64,000 nucleotides of DNA, taken from a virus. Below, one piece after another: positions 44,523-53,130 of this stretch; the stretch's first letter is position 1; every line of letters begins with the position of its first letter. A model generated the notes under the pieces. That model was not told the origin of the DNA. It did no database searches and saw only the letters and a list, made by a program, of their open reading frames with translations. Made by a program: the position numbers and the translations under genes. Location of the stretch: the IMG/VR virus record IMGVR_UViG_3300045988_135688; one strand, written 5' to 3'.

Positions 44523-45685
44523 AAGTAGGATTGATTGATGCGGATTTATTAGATAACGGAACCACATTCCCCAATCTTGCCATAATGAAAATGTCCGCGT
44601 TCCTTAAATCAAAAGGTATTCATACGGAATTATTGATGGATGGAAACAATATTGATTCCTATGATGTTATTACCGTATCAAAGGTGTTTACATCCACAAA
44701 CGAACCAAGTTTCATACATGGATATAAGGGAAGTGTGATGTATGGGGGAACGGGATGGTATATGGGAAATGCTCATGATAACAGCTTCAATGATATAAGA
44801 TATGAGGATTTGCACGATCTTCCTAATACAAAACTGTTTAACGGTTTGTTATGGGGAACACAGATGCCCGATTATCATATATATGATTCCTTTATTGAAA
44901 CGATAAAGCGAAAAGGTAAATTGAAGGCGTATCATTCGTCCTATACCGATTTTTCCATAGGATTCCTTACAAGGGGGTGTTTCAGAAAATGCCCGTTTTG
45001 CGTAAACAGAAACGAAAGCAAGGTATTCAAATATTCGGAGTTGTCCGATTTCCTAGACAGCGACAGAAAGGTAATATCACTTCTTGATGATAATTTCCTT
45101 GGATATGCAGGATGGGAGGATGACCTTACAGAGTTGCAAGCAACCGGGAAACAGTTTCAGTTCAAACAGGGTCTTGACATAAGACTTCTTACTCCTAACA
45201 GGGCTTCCATGTTATCTAAGAGCAAATATTACGGTGACTTTATATTTGCATTTGACAATATAAAGGACAAGGATGTTATTTCAAGAAAACTTGATTTATG
45301 GAGAAACATTACAGACAAGTCAACCAAACTTTATCTGTTTTGCGGATTTGGAATCGGTACAAGCAGAGAGTTGCTTATAAAAGACATTCTTGAACTGTTT
45401 GAAAGGATAGAGATACTTATGAGATACAAATGTCTTGGATATGTCATGAGATACAAGGATTACGCTCTTCATCCCATGTCAAACATATATGTGCAGATTG
45501 CAAGATGGGTAAACCAACCCAGTTTCTATAAGAAAATGTCATTTAGGCAATTTTGCGAGTTAAACCAAAAGGGAGTACAGAAAGAATGTATGTCTATGAG
45601 AACATTAAAATCCATGTATGACGAATTTCCTGAATACAAAAGTAAACTTGACCATTATTTTAACATGAAATATGAACAATTTTAA
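44519..45685 (+). CDS. radical SAM enzyme with N-terminal B12-binding-like/Rossmann-like region
   Basis: GFLTRGCFRKCPFCVNR gives CX3CX2C. ATG 44519 overlaps the stop of the HAD gene (ATGA). Confidence 0.6.
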   Translation: MKVGLIDADLLDNGTTFPNLAIMKMSAFLKSKGIHTELLMDGNNIDSYDVITVSKVFTSTNEPSFIHGYKGSVMYGGTGWYMGNAHDNSFNDIRYEDLHDLPNTKLFNGLLWGTQMPDYHIYDSFIETIKRKGKLKAYHSSYTDFSIGFLTRGCFRKCPFCVNRNESKVFKYSELSDFLDSDRKVISLLDDNFLGYAGWEDDLTELQATGKQFQFKQGLDIRLLTPNRASMLSKSKYYGDFIFAFDNIKDKDVISRKLDLWRNITDKSTKLYLFCGFGIGTSRELLIKDILELFERIEILMRYKCLGYVMRYKDYALHPMSNIYVQIARWVNQPSFYKKMSFRQFCELNQKGVQKECMSMRTLKSMYDEFPEYKSKLDHYFNMKYEQF

Positions 45686-45914
45686 ACTATATATCGCTCG
45701 TGACGAAGGCAAATGGGATGAAGATGTACAAACAACAGGAGAACTGAACCTGTTTTATGATACCCCAGAACTTCTGTTTAACGTAAAAGACAGGACATCA
45801 TACTGGGGAAATGCCCGAAAGATAGCGAATATTCCCTCTTACATGTATCCTCAAGTCAAGGATAAAGAGTGCTATGTTTTCAATAATCTTGAATTATACA
45901 AAAGTTTTAACTAA
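45672..45914 (+). CDS. hypothetical protein (80 aa), last gene of the rightward block
   Basis: ORF track. Confidence 0.5.
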   Translation: MNNFKLYIARDEGKWDEDVQTTGELNLFYDTPELLFNVKDRTSYWGNARKIANIPSYMYPQVKDKECYVFNNLELYKSFN

Positions 45915-45918
45915 TAAT

Positions 45919-45949
45919 AGAGAGGATAGGCAGTTAGCCTATCTTCTCT
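45919..45949. terminator. bidirectional terminator hairpin between convergent blocks
   Basis: AGAGAGGATAGGC-AGTTA-GCCTATCTTCTCT: 13 bp (one G.U), 5-nt loop, T-rich flank TTTCGTATTTT. Confidence 0.7.
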
Positions 45950-46103
45950 TTTCGTATTTTCTTTTCATTTTTCTTCTTTCCACCCGTGTCATTCCCATGC
46001 TTTGAGCAATACCGAACAGTATTTCCTTTTCTGAATCGTTAAGCATATCATATACTTCTTCTTTGCTTTTTCCGCTAATCATAGCCATAAAAATCTTTTT
46101 CAT
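45939..46103 (-). CDS. small basic protein (54 aa), not in ORF track
   Basis: Own translation MKKIFMAMISGKSKEEVYDMLNDSEKEILFGIAQSMGMTRVERRKMKRKYEKRR. Confidence 0.35.
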   Translation of the reverse strand: MKKIFMAMISGKSKEEVYDMLNDSEKEILFGIAQSMGMTRVERRKMKRKYEKRR

Positions 46104-46109
46104 AATGAT

Positions 46110-46520
46110 TTATTTTAGTTTTTTCTTACAACAATCGCAAATCTCGTCTTTTATAGGTTTTGTAAATAAAGCACCTACATATCCTGCAAGGTATCCGGCT
46201 TCTTCTGATGAAGGCTTTATGCCATAATGATCAATTATATGACCAATCATGTGCTGTTTTTCATGCTCCAGTGTATTCATAAATTCTTCATCAGACGTAC
46301 TGTGACTGATAATAATTACAGTGCACTTATTGTTTGAATACGTTACACCGTAATTGTATTTTTCAGTCTTTATCTTATCCGTTATCCTGTTCAGCAAATG
46401 AAAAGGACAGCCAATATATTCCAGTCTGTATATCGCTCTTAAATAAGAGTATTTATCCACAGAATAGAATACATCAACCGTCCAATCATATTCCTCAATG
46501 TATAGTCTTTGTCGTACCAT
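46110..46520 (-). CDS. HExxH-motif protein (putative metallopeptidase), start moved to MVRQRLY
   Basis: LEHEKQHMIGH; C-terminal CDCC. Confidence 0.45.
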   Translation of the reverse strand: MVRQRLYIEEYDWTVDVFYSVDKYSYLRAIYRLEYIGCPFHLLNRITDKIKTEKYNYGVTYSNNKCTVIIISHSTSDEEFMNTLEHEKQHMIGHIIDHYGIKPSSEEAGYLAGYVGALFTKPIKDEICDCCKKKLK

Positions 46521-46525
46521 AGCAA

Positions 46526-46966
46526 TCAGATATAATCCTCCCAAGAGAAAGGTGTTCCACAGGCTATACACTTTGCATAATACTCGTCAAGAGCACGGGT
46601 AGGGCTTCCGTCAACATCGTCAAGATAGTCTTTTACAAACATACAGGCATATTGCTCATTGACTATGGATGAACCCATATAGTCGGCACGTACCATATTC
46701 AATACATAAACCTTGTTGTATTCCACATCATTCTTCAACTCAACATTGAATTGCTTCATCAATGCTTCTACTTGATCCTTATCATACGGGTGTATTTTGT
46801 TACCGTTCCTGTCTTTCATTTTAGAAACGGCATATTCACACAATTTCTTTGAGAAATTCCATCCATGTTCTGCAAGATATTTTTCCATTCCCGAAGGAAG
46901 TTTCTCATATACATCTAATCTCGTTCTTTCCATAGCTTTTGTTTTTAAAAAGATAGCCCGTAGCAA
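46526..46966 (-). CDS. hypothetical protein (146 aa; alternative start MERTRL at 46933)
   Basis: ORF track. Confidence 0.55.
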   Translation of the reverse strand: MLRAIFLKTKAMERTRLDVYEKLPSGMEKYLAEHGWNFSKKLCEYAVSKMKDRNGNKIHPYDKDQVEALMKQFNVELKNDVEYNKVYVLNMVRADYMGSSIVNEQYACMFVKDYLDDVDGSPTRALDEYYAKCIACGTPFSWEDYI

Positions 46967-46992
46967 ACCACTACGGGCTTAAACCAATTTAA

Positions 46993-47232
46993 TTAGCGTC
47001 TACGTCTAGCGTAAGGACCAGTACCTTTGACTCCGCGTCTTTCTCCGTACTCATCATCGTCATCCCAAATACGCCCGTCATCGTCCATTCTTCTACGCAT
47101 TCCACGCTCACCGTAACGTCCATCCATTTCTTCCATAGCGTCACGATAGCCTTCTTTATACGCTTTTTCTAATTCCCGGTCCATATCTTCACCTTCAAAG
47201 CTACGGCCCATTCCATATACTTTCCAACCCAT
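46993..47232 (-). CDS. highly charged Arg/Asp/Glu-rich small protein (79 aa)
   Basis: ORF track; sequence RRRMDDDGRIWDDDDEYGERRG...ARRRR. Confidence 0.5.
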   Translation of the reverse strand: MGWKVYGMGRSFEGEDMDRELEKAYKEGYRDAMEEMDGRYGERGMRRRMDDDGRIWDDDDEYGERRGVKGTGPYARRRR

Positions 47233-47237
47233 AGTGT

Positions 47238-47786
47238 TTATTTTTTATTGTTGTTATTATTATTGTTTACATGTTGCACGTCAGGCAATTTGATACCAGA
47301 AGCAGCAAGTTGTGCAAGTATATCCTTTATCTGTGACAATTCACCTTTAAGTTCCTTCATCTCCTTGTCCTGCTGTGCCTTTTCGGCAAATGCAGGATTC
47401 AACGCTGTAAGCATCTCATCGCAGCTTTTTATTACTTTCTGATGGTATTCCACAGATTCCACAACCCTTACACTACTTATTTTCATTGCTTCTATCTCAG
47501 CATTGATGGCATCCTTGCTTTCCGATACAACCACATTCCCGCCTACTTGGGAAAAGTCTGCTATACTAAGATTGGCTGGCAACTTTTGAAAATCAAGAGT
47601 ATCATCTCCAACCTTAACTTTCACATCCACAACCATTTCATTTTGCGGAAGAGGATATGCTGTATATCCGTTCTGATATTTAGGAACAGGATTTGAAACA
47701 CTTACCACAGTGCCCACATCACATCTTGGGTTTTCCCCTTTATGCAATATGAAAAACTGCTGTCCTTGTCGTATTGATTGAAACAT
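47238..47786 (-). CDS. hypothetical protein (182 aa), coiled-coil C-terminus ending N7KK
   Basis: ORF track. Confidence 0.6.
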   Translation of the reverse strand: MFQSIRQGQQFFILHKGENPRCDVGTVVSVSNPVPKYQNGYTAYPLPQNEMVVDVKVKVGDDTLDFQKLPANLSIADFSQVGGNVVVSESKDAINAEIEAMKISSVRVVESVEYHQKVIKSCDEMLTALNPAFAEKAQQDKEMKELKGELSQIKDILAQLAASGIKLPDVQHVNNNNNNNKK

Positions 47787-47807
47787 ACTTATTCTAACTT
47801 TTTAATA

Positions 47808-48257
47808 TCATTTTACAGTGCTTCTAGCCTGTGCGGCAGTAGCAGGTGCAACGATATGATTAACTACTTGAAATATCCCATTACATTTGTCGTAATAGAC
47901 AAAGTATTTATTTCCTTGTGAAATCTCACTTGATGGCATTTGATCTCCAGAACCGTTTACCAAAGGAACTTTACTTGTCGTGGTTGACGGAGTGTTTGTC
48001 AATGTAGTAGCCACAGAAACAAGGTAAGCGTCAGATCCGGCAGCAGGAACATGGTTTACACTCAGAAGTAAGATACCTTGATTAGGTAATCGTCTGAACA
48101 GACATGGACTAATACCGTATATAACTTCGGAATTTGTTGTATCTGTTGTAACAGAAGAAGTTCTTATAAAAGGTATCCCTCCAAAGTCTAGCCTATGTAC
48201 TCCTCTGAAACGGTTAGCAGTATAGCCAGCCATATAAGGATTAAAAAAATAACTCAT
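47808..48257 (-). CDS. hypothetical (probably structural) protein (149 aa)
   Basis: ORF track. Confidence 0.6.
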   Translation of the reverse strand: MSYFFNPYMAGYTANRFRGVHRLDFGGIPFIRTSSVTTDTTNSEVIYGISPCLFRRLPNQGILLLSVNHVPAAGSDAYLVSVATTLTNTPSTTTSKVPLVNGSGDQMPSSEISQGNKYFVYYDKCNGIFQVVNHIVAPATAAQARSTVK

Positions 48258-48284
48258 AACTTTTCCCTTTCTTTAAAATTTTAT

Positions 48285-48292
48285 TATATTTG
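48285..48292 (+). promoter_or_regulatory. -7 box TATATTTG for the HNH gene
   Basis: Matches TAnnTTTG. Confidence 0.4.
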
Positions 48293-48387
48293 CATCGGGA
48301 TAGATAGGAGTGATCAGCCTATTGAAAAGGGTTCGCTAACGCCCTTCCCTCTTTTTTTTATGTTAGCATCACTAAAACTAGTTAGCA

Positions 48388-49029
48388 ATGACAAACGAAG
48401 AATTTATTAAGAGCATCTCCTTGGAAGGAGAAATTTGGAAGGACGTAATCGGATATGAAGAAACATATATGGTTTCTTCATATGGTAGAGTTGTGTTTAA
48501 AGAACGTTTTAGAGATAATGGCAATGGTGGATACGTTATGCCACCAAAGCTATGTCATTTAATGGAAACGAAATTTGGATACTTACAAGCTCGCCTATAT
48601 AAAGATAATAAAGAGAAAAAATGCTATGTTCATAGATTAGTTGCATCTGCACATATATCTAACCCTAATAATTATCCCATAATAGACCATATTGATACCA
48701 ACAGGAAAAACAACAAAGTATCTAATTTAAGATGGTGTAATTCCTCTATGAATGCTCTAAATCCAATAACAAGAAAAAGAAACTCTTTATCTAAAATTGG
48801 AAATAGAAAAATTATTCTAGCAAACAGTAAATCTGTTGTTCGTATCAATCCAAGTAATCCTAATGATATTAAGATTTATGAATCACCCACTTTTGCTAAG
48901 AAAACAGAAGGATATAACCAAGGTCATATTTCCGCTGTATGTTTAGGTAAAAGAAAGTATCATAAAGGATATAAATGGATGTACCTATCCGATTACGAAG
49001 CCCAATTCAATAAGTCAAAGAACTCTTAA
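48388..49029 (+). CDS. free-standing HNH homing endonuclease (NUMOD4 + HNH_3 type)
   Basis: EIWKDVIGYEETYMVSSYGRV (NUMOD4) and VHRLVASAHISNPNNYPIIDHIDTNRKNNKVSNLRW (HNH). Confidence 0.8.
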   Translation: MTNEEFIKSISLEGEIWKDVIGYEETYMVSSYGRVVFKERFRDNGNGGYVMPPKLCHLMETKFGYLQARLYKDNKEKKCYVHRLVASAHISNPNNYPIIDHIDTNRKNNKVSNLRWCNSSMNALNPITRKRNSLSKIGNRKIILANSKSVVRINPSNPNDIKIYESPTFAKKTEGYNQGHISAVCLGKRKYHKGYKWMYLSDYEAQFNKSKNS

Positions 49030-49036
49030 CTAAACT

Positions 49037-49933
49037 TTAGCAATTGCAACCACAGTTGTCACCAGCAGCATAACCTGCACCAAAACCAGCCATGAATGGA
49101 TAACCATATCCATAACCGCAATTTGGATTAGGCACTATATAGGATGGAACCGGGCACGGAGCCTTAAGTTGTCCAACTATATTTGCAGTCTGGGCCTGTT
49201 GAGAAGCAGCCAGAGCCAAATTGCTGTTTTCCTGTCTCAGAGCATCAATCTTGTTTTGCATTTCACGCATTTCAAGCTGACAGAACTTGTCATTGATGAT
49301 TGCGCTTTGAGCATCAATCTTAGCAGATATGATGTTGAACTGAGTGTTTGCATTGCTAGTCAGAGTGTTGGTCTGCTCTACAGTAGCCAATCGGCTATCG
49401 CATCCTTGACGTTCAATAGCTGTACGGATATCGCAGCAGCAAGAAGCAAGCTGAGAACCGATAGCTGCACTATTGGACTGAATTGAGTTGATGATCTGTT
49501 GAGAGGAAAGACCTACCTGGTTACCAACTTGCTGAATCTGTCCTTGAATTTGGCAGATAGCATTCTGCAACTGTTGAGTAGAGCAGTTCAAAGAGCTAGC
49601 CAACTGGTTGATAGCTGTTCCGTTTCCTTGAATAGCATTCATCAACAATTCACGTCCTGCTTCATTGTTCAATTGAGCAGGGATTCCGTTTGCTCCATTG
49701 CCAAACCCGTTACCGAATCCGTTACCACCCCACAGGAAGAAGAGCAGGATAATCCAGATCCACCAACAACCAGCACCACCCCAAGCGTCTTGATTGTTTT
49801 TATTGCTCATAAGAGCGGCAACCATATTGGGGTCTAATCCTTTATTCTGCAACAGTGCAGGAATCATTGACATAATACCTGCGCTTTCTCCAGCGGCAGG
49901 ATTGTCGAACATAAAAATTTTGTCTGAACCCAT
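49037..49933 (-). CDS. low-complexity Q/N-rich coiled-coil membrane protein with Gly/aromatic and Cys-rich ends (start at MGSDKIF; track start 49984)
   Basis: GCWWIWIILLFFLWGG (TM), GNGFGNGFGNGANG, long Q/N/S heptad-like region, C-terminus CGYGYGYPFMAGFGAGYAAGDNCGCNC. Confidence 0.55.
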   Translation of the reverse strand: MGSDKIFMFDNPAAGESAGIMSMIPALLQNKGLDPNMVAALMSNKNNQDAWGGAGCWWIWIILLFFLWGGNGFGNGFGNGANGIPAQLNNEAGRELLMNAIQGNGTAINQLASSLNCSTQQLQNAICQIQGQIQQVGNQVGLSSQQIINSIQSNSAAIGSQLASCCCDIRTAIERQGCDSRLATVEQTNTLTSNANTQFNIISAKIDAQSAIINDKFCQLEMREMQNKIDALRQENSNLALAASQQAQTANIVGQLKAPCPVPSYIVPNPNCGYGYGYPFMAGFGAGYAAGDNCGCNC

Positions 49934-50158
49934 AATATTGTAATTTAATGTGTGTGTATTATAACTCCCGTAAAGACTGTGCACTCATCTTTACGAAAGT
50001 AAATTTACAACATGGATGGTCTAAACAAAAATAAAAATTTCGTAGTATAACTTATTGTGTTTCAGATAGTTTAAACTTGTTAAAATAAGTTATTTTCTTG
50101 TATGTTGCTTTTCCTATTCGTATATTAGCGCAATAATTTTAAAATAGAGGAATTGAAG

Positions 50159-50377
50159 ATGAAAGAATTAAAAAAATGGAATAATAATCCAATAAAGATT
50201 ACGTATTTAATACCTAGTGGAAACAAGTACGCTTATATAAAATTAGGTGACACTGTTGATCTGACGAACGGAACATATAAAATAACCGCTTTGGATAATG
50301 AAGAAAACATTTTCCAAGCGGTTAATATGGAGAATAAAGATGATTGTGTTACAATGTATGCGTATGAGGTTGTCTAG
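50159..50377 (+). CDS. hypothetical protein (72 aa), plus-strand insert in the late block
   Basis: ATG 50159 (MKELKKW) lies within the track ORF that starts at TTG 50153. Confidence 0.45.
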   Translation: MKELKKWNNNPIKITYLIPSGNKYAYIKLGDTVDLTNGTYKITALDNEENIFQAVNMENKDDCVTMYAYEVV

Positions 50378-50742
50378 CTTTTAGTCTTGTATTTACCCCT
50401 TGACTTCTTTGGACGTATAAGCCCGTTGTTTTTAAGAGCATCCAATGTTTCTTTCAAATAAACGGGCTTTGTCATTCCTTGTACTCTCACGGGAGAGAGA
50501 AGTGGTTTGATAGGGTGAAACTTAGTTCCTTTATATGTAAGTCTTGCAAATTCCGTATCGCTTACATCGAGATACTTTATGGCATTTTCTCTATCGAAAT
50601 AAGACGGTATAATAGTAGATTTGTTTATCGCATCAGTGATAAACTCAAACTGATCGGCATTGACATTTGAGTTTCCGCTTTTCAATGCTAGAGATATTCC
50701 GTCAAGTAAGGAAGCTAATATAGTGTTATAATTCATGCCCAT
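50374..50742 (-). CDS. hypothetical protein (122 aa)
   Basis: ORF track. Confidence 0.55.
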   Translation of the reverse strand: MGMNYNTILASLLDGISLALKSGNSNVNADQFEFITDAINKSTIIPSYFDRENAIKYLDVSDTEFARLTYKGTKFHPIKPLLSPVRVQGMTKPVYLKETLDALKNNGLIRPKKSRGKYKTKS

Positions 50743-50745
50743 GAC

Positions 50746-51072
50746 TTACTCGATAGATGATATGTTTGCTGTTCCCGTAACACTCACCTTGCTTCCCGGT
50801 GTGACTGAAAAATATTCCACCGTTCCTGCCGGGAGAAGCATTCCTGTTGGTGATATTCTGCTTGATCTGCTTTTCGTTTCCTGTACCAATGAGATACGGC
50901 ATCCATCCGATGTCGCTACTCTTATAAGGTTTGACAATGCTGTGTATTCCTTGTCGGTTACATCTTCCGATGCTGATATTCTTGCAGCTACGATACCTTT
51001 TAACGCTTCATCCTTTGAAGCGTTTTTGGTGGAGAAATACCCACCTATCTGTTGTTTATCATTGTTTTCCAT
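50746..51072 (-). CDS. hypothetical protein (108 aa)
   Basis: ORF track; antisense ORF 50735..51148 looks spurious. Confidence 0.55.
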   Translation of the reverse strand: MENNDKQQIGGYFSTKNASKDEALKGIVAARISASEDVTDKEYTALSNLIRVATSDGCRISLVQETKSRSSRISPTGMLLPAGTVEYFSVTPGSKVSVTGTANISSIE

Positions 51073-51415
51073 ATCCTTTCAAGTAAGATTGTTTCACACT
51101 TTCGGCAAACTCGTTCAGCTTTACATAATCCGGGTCAAGTTTGTTTAAAATACCTTTTCTGAGAGCCGCTTCTTCCTCACCGTTGGGAAATTCATCCTTT
51201 ATGGCGGCATCTACCGTTTTGTCGTATGATACAGGGTTCTTTACACGCTGTACATCGGCTTTCCACTTTTTGACGAACTTTTCCTGTACAATATTTCCCA
51301 TATCGTCCGTTTCGGGTTCGTCAACTTGTTCAATGTTTAAATGAACATTGCTATATCCAGTGCCTAAATCAAAGATAAAGGCAGGCTTCTCGTCAAAAAT
51401 CAAACCTCTTTCCAT
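51059..51415 (-). CDS. acidic hypothetical protein (118 aa) immediately downstream of the RT
   Basis: ORF track. Confidence 0.55.
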   Translation of the reverse strand: MERGLIFDEKPAFIFDLGTGYSNVHLNIEQVDEPETDDMGNIVQEKFVKKWKADVQRVKNPVSYDKTVDAAIKDEFPNGEEEAALRKGILNKLDPDYVKLNEFAESVKQSYLKGYGKQ

Positions 51416-51418
51416 AGT

Positions 51419-52708
51419 TTAAATATCTAATGTTCCATCAAAATAATAACCCCTATTGAATTTTATGACAACATCTTCCAATGGTAAAAGGCTTTTGTCT
51501 ACTTGGGAAAGGAATGCTCCTAATGTTTCGTATCCGCCTTTCACAAAGCATTTTTCTCCTTTGAACAGTATCTGCATTCTTACCCATGTACTATTGTCCT
51601 TCTTTGTAGATGGTCTTACATCAAAATCAAGAATGTCTATATGCTCATCGACAAGTTTGTCTATCTTTATATCCTTTCCGTCAAACTTTCTTGACACTCT
51701 TATATTTAAGTCACTAATCTTTGTCATGTGGCTATTATTATTAACTAAAACTTTATTAATTAAGTTTTTAGAATCACAGTGCATCAACATACCCATATAA
51801 CTCGTAATTGATTTTGGGTTATTACGTTTTGACGCAAAGTTTTTCTTTATTCTCTTTCTTATTTTGGTATGACCGGGAGTAAAGACAAATCCACCGAAAT
51901 CTATCCCTTCTGAAACGGGGAATATCCTGTAATTTTTCTTCATCTCCAACTTTTTTTCATACCACAGGTAATTTCTTATCCTCCACAGCCATTCATGCAA
52001 CTGTTTCTTGTCGTGGGATAATATCACCATATCATCGGCAAATCTGAAATAATGCTTTACTTTGAACTGCTCCTTTATAACATGATCCAAAGACCTTAAT
52101 ACCAAATGGCTTCCTATCTGAGCGTCAGGATTGCCAATAGCCAGACCTTTGTTGCTGTAATTAAGCGTATTCATAAGCCATAACGCATCCCTGTCTTTCA
52201 AGTCTTTGCTATATGCCTTCTTGTAAACGCTGTGTCTTACGGACGGATAAAACTTCTTAATATCCATTTTCAAAACGTATATTTTTCCGTTTTTGTCCAT
52301 TTCAAGCAATGTCCGTTTCATCTTTCTCACAAGGGAATGCTTTTTAACCTTACTTGTAATACCCCTTTTGGGCAGACAGTTATATGAATCAAGTGTAAGG
52401 CTTTTTGTCCATCTGTCCATCATGGGTACCAAAAGGCTGTGCTGGATAATCCTGTCCGGGTAAAACGGGAGTTTGTGTATCTCCCTTACCTTTCCTGCAT
52501 CAGTCACTTTCTCTATCACCTCATACTTGCTTACATGGTATGATTTGTCTTTGAGCATCTGATAAACATTCTGATGATATTCATCCTTATGTTTCTCATA
52601 ATCCCTCACACCCCTGTGATTCCTCTTTCCTTTCTTTGCCTTTTCAGCAGCAGAGATAATATTATCCATACTGCCTATCGTTTCAAAAATATTATTCAAT
52701 CTTTTCAT
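51419..52708 (-). CDS. DGR reverse transcriptase (429 aa)
   Basis: RT motifs KVREIHKLPFYPDRIIQH, LKMDIKKFYPS, GLAIGNPDAQIGSHL, YFRFADDMVILS (YxDD-type), GIDFGGFVF. Sits next to a TR/VR pair. Confidence 0.85.
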   Translation of the reverse strand: MKRLNNIFETIGSMDNIISAAEKAKKGKRNHRGVRDYEKHKDEYHQNVYQMLKDKSYHVSKYEVIEKVTDAGKVREIHKLPFYPDRIIQHSLLVPMMDRWTKSLTLDSYNCLPKRGITSKVKKHSLVRKMKRTLLEMDKNGKIYVLKMDIKKFYPSVRHSVYKKAYSKDLKDRDALWLMNTLNYSNKGLAIGNPDAQIGSHLVLRSLDHVIKEQFKVKHYFRFADDMVILSHDKKQLHEWLWRIRNYLWYEKKLEMKKNYRIFPVSEGIDFGGFVFTPGHTKIRKRIKKNFASKRNNPKSITSYMGMLMHCDSKNLINKVLVNNNSHMTKISDLNIRVSRKFDGKDIKIDKLVDEHIDILDFDVRPSTKKDNSTWVRMQILFKGEKCFVKGGYETLGAFLSQVDKSLLPLEDVVIKFNRGYYFDGTLDI

Positions 52709-52867
52709 CTTACGTGCTTTTCTTTGTCCGTTGAGCCAAAGATAACTAACTTTCCATATACCTACAACTGTAAATGTACTAATAAGTTCCCATTCTCAAA
52801 CAATGGGTTGTCTTGACATTTTCCATCTTCCTGACGAGGCTTCTGTATAGCAGTAATTTTTTTTAGC

Positions 52868-52977
52868 ACGTTAGCTGCCACCGATGTTCGTGTTCGCATT
52901 CGAAGGGGCATTGTTCGCATTACCATTCCGCAGAGAACAATTGTCGTTGTCCGACTTACCACCAAAGTAAACACCAC
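52868..52977 (-). repeat. DGR template repeat (TR), 110 nt
   Basis: Aligns with 53151-53260 at an offset of 283 nt. There are 18 mismatches, 17 at plus-strand T (adenines in the sense orientation). Confidence 0.85.
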
Positions 52978-53064
52978 CATTCTACAGACCGCCTTTTTTC
53001 AACTAACCGCCTTTGACAGACTTATTTAACTTTGCTGACGCATTTGGTTAGATTTTTAATTATG

Positions 53065-53072
53065 CAAACTTA
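53065..53072 (-). promoter_or_regulatory. -7 box TAAGTTTG (minus strand) upstream of TR, candidate TR-RT promoter
   Basis: Plus-strand CAAACTTA; lies between the target-gene stop and TR. Confidence 0.35.
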
Positions 53073-53109
53073 AACATTATTAATATATTTTGCAAGTTTT
53101 GGGAGGGGG

Positions 53110-53130
53110 ATTTTTCACTTCGTGAAAAAT
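53110..53130 (-). promoter_or_regulatory. 9-bp perfect hairpin (ATTTTTCAC-TTC-GTGAAAAAT) flush with the target-gene stop codon
   Basis: Read directly. Its right arm ends at 53130, the last base of TAA (53132..53130). Confidence 0.8.

Noticed and set aside
51419-52708. RT as a group II intron maturase or retron RT
   Set aside because: No intron RNA domains, En or X domains, or msr/msd-like repeats were noticed. The adjacent TR/VR pair with an adenine-specific mismatch pattern explains the RT as a DGR enzyme.
52762-52980. 72-aa minus-strand ORF between the DGR target and the RT, a possible Avd candidate
   Set aside because: It is simply the TR and spacer read in a different frame from the VR-equivalent one, which contains an in-frame TAA in TR. 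Its sequence (MVVFTLVVSRTTTIVLCG...) shows no helical, basic Avd character.
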